This document shows, one piece after another, positions 18,489 to 25,973 of a stretch of DNA of 28,226 bases. The stretch comes from Promethearchaeota archaeon (GTDB taxonomy: Archaea; Asgardarchaeota; Odinarchaeia; Odinarchaeales; JBHLKK01), in contig JBHLPL010000010.1 in NCBI GenBank assembly GCA_048939465.1, positions 1-28,226 of the forward strand. Reading direction: 5' to 3'. Under the pieces are notes generated by a model, which saw nothing but the letters and a program-made list of their open reading frames with translations, searched no databases and was not told the DNA's origin. Position 1 is the first letter of the stretch. Every line of letters starts with the position of its first letter. Both the position numbers and the translations under genes were made by a program.

Positions 18489-18709
18489 GTTCTTCTCCGT
18501 AAGAAGACTCCAACTGAGGGGGTGAAGGCGGATTGCGAGGAATAAGATGCTTGGTTTTACGACAGACACGTGGAATTGAGTCGAGGTAGCACTCGCCGAT
18601 TCGTAAACACAGAGTTTCAGGGCAGGAACTGTCCGCAGAGCCAGTAAGACATATCCCGCTGGGAATGGAAGAAGCAGGAAGCTCCGCCCAAAAGGACGGA
18701 GTAGTTCAC
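18489..18709 (+). mobile_element. Non-autonomous miniature IS200/IS605 derivative (221 bp): left end + omega-RNA-like scaffold + right end, no ORF
   Basis: Preceded by TTTAT; left end aligns with 25974ff; 18616-18709 is 81/95 identical to 27187-27281; ends in AGTTCAC. Confidence 0.85.
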
Positions 18710-18729
18710 ATTCTTACCACTACCAAAAA
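18616..18729 (+). ncRNA. Putative stand-alone TnpB omega/reRNA scaffold plus about 20-nt guide (5' boundary uncertain)
   Basis: Hairpins GGGCAG-GAA-CTGTCC, CAT-A-TCCC/GGGA-ATG and CTCCG/CGGAG are conserved with the tnpB 3' region. Confidence 0.6.
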
Positions 18730-18784
18730 TAAAATAAGTAGCAACGTCGAAAGAATCTCAAATATTGTCAATGGAGGAGATTTC

Positions 18785-19231
18785 TTGTCTATTACTATGA
18801 GATGGAATAGAACACCATCCATCGGCATTGCTATATTTCTTATAGGACTTGCAGGCATCGCTCAGATTCCTGCAATATTGTTTGCTCAGATCTTTCTTGT
18901 AGTCAACAGTGAATACCTGTTAGTATTGGTACCGTCAGGAGTGACTCTGGTTTTATCTGCAGCCGAGATACTTCTAACCGAGACACTGATCCGCAGGAAG
19001 AAAGGCAGAAGAAAACAGCTGTTCGGCTTTGCTCTAAGAGCGTCTTTGGTTGTTCTAGGAATCTTTTTTGCAATATATTTTCTGCCATTTGCACTCAGCT
19101 ACGTTCTAATTCCCCCAGAGCCAATAAGAACTCTTTCTAGAGCTGCCAAGTTCGTGATTGTGATAAACTCAGCGGCCATAACAACTGCAATCGTAGCTTC
19201 TATTTTTGAGCTTAGCTCCAGGACTAGATAG
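18785..19231 (+). CDS. Hypothetical membrane protein (about 4 TM); start TTG 18785 or ATG 18797
   Basis: Four hydrophobic segments with a basic RRKKGRRK loop; GGAGGA 6 nt before TTG 18785. Confidence 0.6.
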   Translation: MSITMRWNRTPSIGIAIFLIGLAGIAQIPAILFAQIFLVVNSEYLLVLVPSGVTLVLSAAEILLTETLIRRKKGRRKQLFGFALRASLVVLGIFFAIYFLPFALSYVLIPPEPIRTLSRAAKFVIVINSAAITTAIVASIFELSSRTR

Positions 19232-19486
19232 AGTCGACCAGCTGCCGGCTAAACTCTCGCCAAGACCTTTATGTTTCATTTATATTTAATTGCTAGAGGA
19301 GTGTTGGTTTCTGGTTGCAGCCTATGCTGTTGAATTAACTGAGATGTCCAGAGTACAAATTAGGAGAGGTAGGCATCAATGCTCTACAAAGCATTAATCT
19401 AAGGATAAAAGAAAAGGGTTTTACTGCAATTGGGGGGGGTATCGGGACTTGGGGAAAACGCTTCTGAACACTAGGAGCATTGAAAA

Positions 19487-20005
19487 ATGTCGTATGTTGA
19501 CTTACAGCTGCTAGTCAACACGGACATTCAATCTATAGGAAATCTCTGGAGTTTTGTGTCGGTACTCTGAGTCCTACATCTGGCTATACCGTTGTTTACT
19601 GTTGTTAGTACTCTAACCATGTTGACCTCATATAGGAAAAAGGACTTGACGATGATGAGAGCTCTGGGAGTAAAGCGTATGAGGCCTCTCAAAACTCTCA
19701 TCGCGGAGAGCACCGTGCCTACGACGGGAGGAGGTACGCCGGGAATAATTGTTGGGATAATCTTTACATCGCTATTTCATATTCAGATGCCCGTTCGGCC
19801 CCCCGTCCTCACGTCTTTGACAGTTTTGATGACCATAATAGGCTCTCTCTTCGCAACTTGTCTTATCTCAAATGTACTCAGCATATCAAATAATAAGAAG
19901 CCCACCAATAGAAACAGCATAAGATGCGCTTTTCATTTTAAAGAAGCGAATCACAGGAATTACATAAAAAATATAACGGAGTTTGACAGAAAAGGACTGC
20001 CATAA
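19487..20005 (+). pseudogene. FtsX-like ABC permease C-terminal fragment with in-frame TGA at 19568-19570
   Basis: STLTMLTSYRKKDLTMMRALG...LIAES...GG..GIIVG resembles the FtsX domain; the frame is open from ATG 19487 apart from one stop. Confidence 0.6.
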
Positions 20006-20029
20006 AACACGTCTCAGGAGAAATTACCG

Positions 20030-20368
20030 TTGCCCAAAAGAAAATCAAAGAAGCATGATAGTACCGTCCGAACTCTTGCAGTAATTGGAGCAATATTATC
20101 TATTATCTTCGGGGTCTTAGGAATATTCGGATATGGAATCATTGGCGTACCTATCGCTTTTGGACTTGAAAGAGTCTTTACTGCAGCAATTGTAATAATC
20201 ATCGGACTCATAGTACTGGCTAGCTATAGTGTGATCAACATTTCACTCAAAGTGAACACGCACTGGATAACGCTTCTCATTCTCGGAGTGATTTCGATAA
20301 TCTTTGGCGGCGATGTTGGAGCGCTTCTTATCATCATAGCAGGATTAATAGCTGCAGTGGTTCAATAA
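20030..20368 (+). CDS. Small hypothetical membrane protein (about 4 TM)
   Basis: Basic N-terminus then hydrophobic helices; GGAG SD before TTG; T-rich tract after the stop. Confidence 0.65.
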   Translation: MPKRKSKKHDSTVRTLAVIGAILSIIFGVLGIFGYGIIGVPIAFGLERVFTAAIVIIIGLIVLASYSVINISLKVNTHWITLLILGVISIIFGGDVGALLIIIAGLIAAVVQ

Positions 20369-20476
20369 AACTCCCTTCTTTTTTTCAGTTTCAATAAGGA
20401 CATCCGTAAGTGAGCAAAGAAGAATAGGTCAAGGTTTTTTTACTAATAAATAACATCTTTCTATCATTAATATGCC

Positions 20477-21049
20477 GTGGGGTTTCTTTTGAAAAAGGAT
20501 AAAATAGAACCAAGATTTAAGATCTGGTTAGAGTTCGAAGACAAGCCTATCTTGGGGATAGGCGGGGCCATGCTACTCCAGCTTGTGAAGGATAAGGGCT
20601 CCCTATCAGCTGCTACAAAAGCACTTTCTATATCCTATAGACATGCTTGGAATCAGCTTAATAAGATTGAAGAAAGACTGGGAGAACCTATAGTTGAGAG
20701 GTTCAAGGGAGGACTCAAAGGAGGAGGAATGCAACTCACAGACTCTGGTAACGCTATTCTGAAGAAATTCCAGAGATTTAAGACGTACCTAGAATATGCT
20801 CTTCAGAATCCAGAGTTATGGGAGGCGTACGGTCTGAGGACTAAGGAAAGGAATAGAGTAAAAGGAAAAACTGTTGAAGTCAAGAAGGATGCGCAAACAG
20901 CACTAATAAAGATTGAAGTAGAAAGCCCCGTATTAGTTGCTTCCATAATTACTGAAGAGGCCGTTGATGCTCTTGATCTAAAAGTAGGAGATAAGGCCAA
21001 AGTAATCATAAAGGCGACAGAAATCATGGTAGATAAGGGGGATTCGTGA
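20477..21049 (+). CDS. modE: ModE-family molybdate/tungstate regulator (HTH + TOBE)
   Basis: GSLSAATKALSISYRHAW, GG..GGG..LT; C-terminal ASIITEEAV..LDL.VGD.A..IIKATEI. Confidence 0.88.
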   Translation: MGFLLKKDKIEPRFKIWLEFEDKPILGIGGAMLLQLVKDKGSLSAATKALSISYRHAWNQLNKIEERLGEPIVERFKGGLKGGGMQLTDSGNAILKKFQRFKTYLEYALQNPELWEAYGLRTKERNRVKGKTVEVKKDAQTALIKIEVESPVLVASIITEEAVDALDLKVGDKAKVIIKATEIMVDKGDS

Positions 21050-21255
21050 TGGAACTAAGTGCCAGAAACAAACTGGAGGGCAAAATCTTAGAAATTGACA
21101 AAAAGGGAGTAATTTCAAAGGTGGAGATCAAAGTAGACATACCATTTACGATTACCGCCGTGATCACAAGAGAGGCTGCTGAAGAGTTAAAAATAAAGGA
21201 AGGGGACATAGTAGAGGCCATTATCAAAGCGACCGAAGTCATGCTATCAAAATGA
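21046..21255 (+). CDS. mop: Mop/TOBE molybdenum-binding protein
   Basis: LSARNKLEG.I, TAVITREAAEEL.I.EGD.V.AIIKATEV. Confidence 0.9.
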   Translation: MMELSARNKLEGKILEIDKKGVISKVEIKVDIPFTITAVITREAAEELKIKEGDIVEAIIKATEVMLSK

Positions 21256-21926
21256 GTGTTGGGAGAGGTATCAAAATGATAAGATTGATCATTTTCGACG
21301 TAGATGGGGTTTTGCTTGAAGCGCGGAGTTTCTGGACCTATTTGCATGAAAAACTTGAGACATATAACGAAACAGAATCTAATCGGAATATGCAGATGTT
21401 TTTTCAAGGAGAACTGTCATATCAAGAATGGTCAGATTTAGAGGCCAGCGCGTGGAAGAATATTCAGTATGAGAAAGTGAAGCAATTGCTTTTAGACATC
21501 CCATTAACAAAAGGAATAGAAGAGACTTTGAACAAACTTAATGAGGAGAAATACATTACTGCAGCAGTTTCTAGCGGTGGATTATTGAGTATTCTTAAAG
21601 AGAGATTTGCCAACCTAAATCTTAAGTACATTTACGCGAATGATTTGGAGCAGAAGGATGGAATTCTGACGGGGAAGACAATAATTAATGTGCCCTTCGA
21701 TAAGAAAAAACAGGTTGTTGAGGAGAATGTACTGGCAACCGAGGGAGTAGAATGGGAAGAGTGCGCTGTAATTGGCGATTCTATAAATGATCTTGAAATG
21801 TTCAGAGCTGCAAAACTGAGAATAGCATTTTGCCCCATAGATGCTGCGCTAATCCCGATAGCAGATCATGTGATACGAGAAAAAGATCTTACTCAAATCA
21901 TACCTTATTTTGAGAAATTATTGTGA
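21252..21926 (+). CDS. HAD-IB phosphatase (SerB-like); start 21252 or 21276
   Basis: FDVDGVL, VSSGG, YAN.L....G.LTG, IGDSINDL.MF.AA. Confidence 0.82.
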   Translation: MSVGRGIKMIRLIIFDVDGVLLEARSFWTYLHEKLETYNETESNRNMQMFFQGELSYQEWSDLEASAWKNIQYEKVKQLLLDIPLTKGIEETLNKLNEEKYITAAVSSGGLLSILKERFANLNLKYIYANDLEQKDGILTGKTIINVPFDKKKQVVEENVLATEGVEWEECAVIGDSINDLEMFRAAKLRIAFCPIDAALIPIADHVIREKDLTQIIPYFEKLL

Positions 21927-22005
21927 ATTAAATCAAACCATGTTTCTGATAATTCCTAAGAATCTGTATCAAAAAGAACATATTCCCAATTTGAGGAGAG
22001 GATGA

Positions 22006-22893
22006 ATGATGAAGGCAGAGATTGAAGATACTTATGCAGAAGCATTTGATGGGCTGCTTGCCAGGATTCTGATTACCGCCAAGGACGAGAAAAGACTCGT
22101 AAAAGCAGTCATGAGCGCAACAGCACTTCCCCTGACAGTTTTGGGAGAGGCAGAGGGAGGTATCGATAGGTGGCTGGACGTAGGTGAAACGCCTGATGGG
22201 CGTAAGGGAGCGATTATTCAGATTTGGATACTTGGGGGGGAAAATGCAGTGGAAACTCTAGAGATAGAGTTAGCAAAACGAATACGGCAGGGCATACTTG
22301 TTGTGCCGACTACGACAGTCTTCAACGCCTTGGAATCGAAGAAGAGAATCGATATCATGGACAGAGTCGGACATTGTGGTGATGGGTACGAAGAAGAAGT
22401 AGAGTACCTGGGCCGCAGAATGATTAATATCCCCATCATGATGGGTGATTTCCTGATAGAGCACCATTTGGGGTATGCTAAGGGCATAATGGGTGGAAAC
22501 ATATGGTACTTCTGTAAGACCATTGACGCGGTGCTGGAAGCAGGAGACAGAGCGGTTGATGCCGTAAGCAAGATAGACGGAGCAATTACACCCTTTGATA
22601 TTTGCGCTGCAGGTTCGAAGGTTGAGACAAACTACCCAGAGATAGGCCCAACTACAAATCACCCGTACTGTCCAACACTAAGAGGAAGAATATCCGATTC
22701 AAAGGTTCCAGAAGGGGTTGTATCTATTCCGGAAATAGTGATAAACGGCATTTCACTCGAAATCGTAAAAGAAGCGATGAAAGCAACAATCAAAAGCGTT
22801 GAAGATGTGGAAGGGGTGGTAAGAATATCGGCGGGAAACTTCGGTGGCAAGCTAGGCAAGTACAAGATATTTCTCAAAGATATTATGGACTAG
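22006..22893 (+). CDS. ftr: Formylmethanofuran-tetrahydromethanopterin formyltransferase family protein
   Basis: [50 protein letters not shown]. Confidence 0.88.
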   Translation: MMKAEIEDTYAEAFDGLLARILITAKDEKRLVKAVMSATALPLTVLGEAEGGIDRWLDVGETPDGRKGAIIQIWILGGENAVETLEIELAKRIRQGILVVPTTTVFNALESKKRIDIMDRVGHCGDGYEEEVEYLGRRMINIPIMMGDFLIEHHLGYAKGIMGGNIWYFCKTIDAVLEAGDRAVDAVSKIDGAITPFDICAAGSKVETNYPEIGPTTNHPYCPTLRGRISDSKVPEGVVSIPEIVINGISLEIVKEAMKATIKSVEDVEGVVRISAGNFGGKLGKYKIFLKDIMD

Positions 22894-22932
22894 ATGACGG
22901 CCTTTCCTAATCAAAAGGACCATCACCAAGAA

Positions 22933-23340
22933 TCATGTTACGTGATTAGTAAGTTTGATCAGCGTATTTGTATCCAAAACTCCATCGATACACCTTATTT
23001 CATCAATTCTCCTGTTGAGTCCTTCGATCGATTCTGAGTCGATGAACATAGCTAAGTCATAGTCACCGGAGATTTCAAAAACCTTTTCTGAGAGTCTCTT
23101 TAATCTTGAGGAGACTTCGCCGGTTCTCAGCGGATCTGTTTTTATTAATACTATTCCCTCCGTTTGAGAAGCAGTTTCTACGGTGAACTTAATGATTATT
23201 CCTTTATCAAGCATTATTCTGACTCTTCTTCGAATTGCTCCCTCCGTTAAAGCCACTGTCTTTGCGATTTTTACATAGGGGGTTCTTGCGTTCTTTTTCA
23301 AGATTTTCAGTATTCTTTGGTCGATTCTGTCCATAGCCAA
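22933..23340 (-). CDS. Lrp/AsnC regulator, LysM-like
   Basis: D.ID..IL.IL..NARTPY..IA......EGAIRRRV; GDYDL; LNRRIDEIR.I.GV..TNT closely recalls Sulfolobus LysM. Confidence 0.85.
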   Translation of the reverse strand: MAMDRIDQRILKILKKNARTPYVKIAKTVALTEGAIRRRVRIMLDKGIIIKFTVETASQTEGIVLIKTDPLRTGEVSSRLKRLSEKVFEISGDYDLAMFIDSESIEGLNRRIDEIRCIDGVLDTNTLIKLTNHVT

Positions 23341-23366
23341 ATCTCTTCATCTTATTTGTTAAAAGC

Positions 23367-23383
23367 ATTACGATTTTCGTAAT
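23367..23383. promoter_or_regulatory. Lrp-type operator ATTACGA-TTT-TCGTAAT
   Basis: Perfect 7-3-7 inverted repeat; the core ACGATTTTCGT is shared with the Ptr2 consensus GGACGATTTTCGTCC; lies between the divergent lrp and aminotransferase genes. Confidence 0.75.
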
Positions 23384-23567
23384 AGAATAGATTAAAACGG
23401 GTTTGAAAGTGGTTTTTATGAAAAGAGGGGAAGGTTGTCAAAGAGCGTAACATTTGAATATGTCCGGTGGCGATCTAGAGACTATACAATTCAAACGGAG
23501 AAGTGCTGAGACTTCACCTTCTGAGAACGTTTTAACGTATTACTTGAGACAAGGAGATGCTTTAAAG

Positions 23568-24752
23568 ATGAGCAGGATAGACATAGAATCCGCAGAGAGA
23601 GTCAAGAAAATCCCAAAGTACGTATTCGTTGAGATAGAAGAACTTCTCAAGAAGAGAAAACGGCGAGATGCAATAATCTCGCTGAGCATTGGTGACCCGG
23701 ACCTTCCCCCTCCACAATTCGTGCTAGATTCACTCGTTAAAGAAGCAATGGATCCGAGGAATCATAAGTATCCGACCTCTGAAGGCAATCTAGAGTTCAG
23801 AGAAGCGATTGCAAAATGGTACAAAGGTCGCTTTGGGGTGTCTTTGGACCCTGAAACAGAAGTTAGCGCCCTAATAGGATCAAAAGAGGGGTTATCCAAC
23901 GTCATTCGAGCGTTTATCAATCCAGGAGACCGTGTTTTGGTTCCGGATCCATCTTATCCGGTTTATGCTCATGGCGGTGCAGCCCTATGTGATGGTATAC
24001 CGGTGTTTGTACACCTTCGCGAAGACAGTGATTTTAAACCAGATCTTTCAAAGACTAATTCCGAAGAGGCGCGGATGATGATTTTGAATTACCCCAACAA
24101 TCCTACTGGTGCCACTGTGGATAGATCATTTCTTAAAGAAGCAGTTGAATTTGCCTTAAAAAACAATTTAATCTTGGTCTACGATAATGCATACTCCGAG
24201 ATAACTTTTGATGGATATACCGCACCAAGCATCTTGGAGATTGAAGGCGCAAAAGATGTTGCAGTTGAGTTTAATTCTTGTTCAAAGACATTCAATATGA
24301 CCGGAGACAGAGTCGGCTTCGCCATGGGAAACGAAAAAATCATAGAGGCATTGAAAAAAGTCAAATCTCAAATTGATACAGGAGTTCCAATATTCATCCA
24401 AAGAGCAGCAACGGTGGCGTTGGAGAGCTACAGAGACGGTCGGCCTCCTAGACCTGTAGAAATAACCAGACAAACATACAAAGAAAGAAGGGACATTCTC
24501 CTCAAAAGACTGAGAGAAATGGGATTCAACCCAAAAACGCCGAAGGGTACATTCTATGTTTGGGTAAATCTGGGTTACGAATCGATGGAATTTACTAGGA
24601 AAATGATAGATGCAGGCGTCGTAGTAGCACCAGGTGCGGCATTTGGGAAACATAGCTGGAGTTATGTACGTTTTGCACTTACAAGACCGAAATCAGAGAT
24701 AGAAGAAGCGTGCGATCGAATGGTAAAAGCCTTAGAAAAGGTTCAGAATTAG
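23568..24752 (+). CDS. dapL: Class I/II PLP aminotransferase, LL-diaminopimelate aminotransferase-like; likely ATG 23568 (frame open from 23454)
   Basis: IPKYVF, SLSIGDPD, LIGSKEG, LNYPNNPTG, YDNAYSE, SKTFNMTGDRVGF; AGGAG SD before 23568. Confidence 0.75.
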   Translation: MSRIDIESAERVKKIPKYVFVEIEELLKKRKRRDAIISLSIGDPDLPPPQFVLDSLVKEAMDPRNHKYPTSEGNLEFREAIAKWYKGRFGVSLDPETEVSALIGSKEGLSNVIRAFINPGDRVLVPDPSYPVYAHGGAALCDGIPVFVHLREDSDFKPDLSKTNSEEARMMILNYPNNPTGATVDRSFLKEAVEFALKNNLILVYDNAYSEITFDGYTAPSILEIEGAKDVAVEFNSCSKTFNMTGDRVGFAMGNEKIIEALKKVKSQIDTGVPIFIQRAATVALESYRDGRPPRPVEITRQTYKERRDILLKRLREMGFNPKTPKGTFYVWVNLGYESMEFTRKMIDAGVVVAPGAAFGKHSWSYVRFALTRPKSEIEEACDRMVKALEKVQN

Positions 24753-24756
24753 GATT

Positions 24757-24891
24757 TGGTGCGGCTGACGGGACCTTCGTGGAAGTAGAAAAACTTCCAA
24801 TTCGAACCCGTGTTATTGGCTTTCTGACAAGTCCAGGATATCTGCATTTGTTGGAAGGCCAAGGTCCTAGGCCAGACTAGACCACAGCCGC
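24757..24891 (-). tRNA. trnG-TCC: tRNA-Gly(TCC) with two introns: 30 nt at 37/38 (24822-24851) and 27 nt at 59/60 (24774-24800); CCA encoded
   Basis: GCGGCTG/CAGCCGC-ACCA, TTGGC-CTTCCA^A-GCCAA, T-stem ACGGG/CCCGT. Perfect BHB at 59/60 (TTCG/CGAA; TGGAAGT/ACTTCCA). Confidence 0.93.
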
Positions 24892-25107
24892 ACAAAAGAT
24901 ATGTAAAATGAATCTGATTTTAACTCTATCGGTCTCAGGATATCGCCTGAAGAACAGGCAGAAAAATGGAAGTAGTGTTCGTTCTTCCTTAGTAGTGCTC
25001 ATTTTTCTCAAAAGATAATTGAAAAGTTAGCAAGGAAGTTGCTGAATCTAATCTGATGAACTCCTATATCTTTGCTAGGAGACTAGTGACCGTTTCAATA
25101 TGACTAA

Positions 25108-25812
25108 TTAATATGTGGCTTTCGAAAATCTCTTCTGGGAGAGTTTGATAGCCTCTTCGTACGTATACGCTATCCTTGCAGCCACCACCCAAGAGTCCAG
25201 AGGCTCTACATCGATCGATAGTTCCAGATCTGCAAGTTTCCTTGTCCGGGAACTGAAATCACCGTGAGGAAATCCTCCTATAATCACTGCGATGTCTTCT
25301 CTCTCTTTCAGTTTGTCAGTGAGTTCCTCCACAGTTGTCGGAATCCCACCTTCACTAAATAACAGTGTTTCTTGTGGCCTTATGTGCTCGATTAGCTGCT
25401 GAAGGGACTTGCGTTCAAGATGAATCAAAGGAGTGCCAGCTGGAGGCACTTTTCCGAACTTGAATAATTGCTCCATTAATCCGATGAATCGATTGTAGTT
25501 CTTAGGAAGCCTTACTTCAGGATTGATAAAGATGATATTGTCATCTATAGTGTGGACGTAGATCCTCAGTAATCCTGCCTTGTTCAAGGGAGTTCCCAGT
25601 ATTGATAACAAGCAAAAATGAACGATGTCAGGTCTTCCGCGCTTCTCACTGTTAGGAATGCTACTAAATAAGGTATGGTGTAGGGATACGTCAAGGAGTA
25701 AATCACTGGGATTCTTCTTCGTTCTACGGGCCTGATTCCTTACAGAAGGATGGCTCCAGAACCGAGGGGGGATAGGTTCGAGACCAGACTCAACCAACAG
25801 AAAATGCAACAT
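25108..25812 (-). CDS. nep1: 16S rRNA N1-pseudouridine methyltransferase Nep1/Emg1
   Basis: LLDVSLHH, RGRPDIVH, RLPKNYNRF.GLMEQL, IGGFPHGDF, PLDSWVV. Confidence 0.95.
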   Translation of the reverse strand: MLHFLLVESGLEPIPPRFWSHPSVRNQARRTKKNPSDLLLDVSLHHTLFSSIPNSEKRGRPDIVHFCLLSILGTPLNKAGLLRIYVHTIDDNIIFINPEVRLPKNYNRFIGLMEQLFKFGKVPPAGTPLIHLERKSLQQLIEHIRPQETLLFSEGGIPTTVEELTDKLKEREDIAVIIGGFPHGDFSSRTRKLADLELSIDVEPLDSWVVAARIAYTYEEAIKLSQKRFSKATY

Positions 25813-25973
25813 TTCGAAGACCCTCTAGAGGTAAAACAATTACGAACAGTTCTTGGCCTGCTTCATCTTGTTCTGGGTTGCTTTTTATCGTACGAAATGC
25901 AGGACCCAGAACGGCATCTTACATTTCGGTCCTTGTCAGCAAGTTGACGACATATATCTGTTGAGCAATTTAT

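Noticed and set aside
21940-21981. Nested AT-rich inverted repeats upstream of ftr as a possible ModE box
   Set aside because: No match to the ModE consensus I know, and short AT-rich arms are expected by chance.
22816-22826. 11-nt match of the mini-element guide (ATTCTTACCAC) to the minus strand of ftr
   Set aside because: The adjacent 5-mer is CCGAT rather than TTTAT, and pairing fails at nt 12-13. A chance hit is plausible in 56 kb of both-strand sequence.
23460-23500. TGT CCG / GGT GGC GAT CTA GAG could be a LysW remnant (CP..GGDLE) next to the LysM-like gene
   Set aside because: It needs a frameshift, and the second Cys pair and the EDWGE tail are missing.
23498-23530. GCTGAGA in a hairpin in the aminotransferase leader suggested a TPP riboswitch
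   Set aside because: The downstream ACCTGATC...TAAT..C..GCG.AGG elements are absent.
24960-25008. AGAAAAATG/CATTTTTCT stem enclosing GGAAG/CTTCC, echoing the tRNA-Gly T-loop intron hairpin
   Set aside because: Shared sequence is only about 8 nt of low complexity and there is no BHB context.
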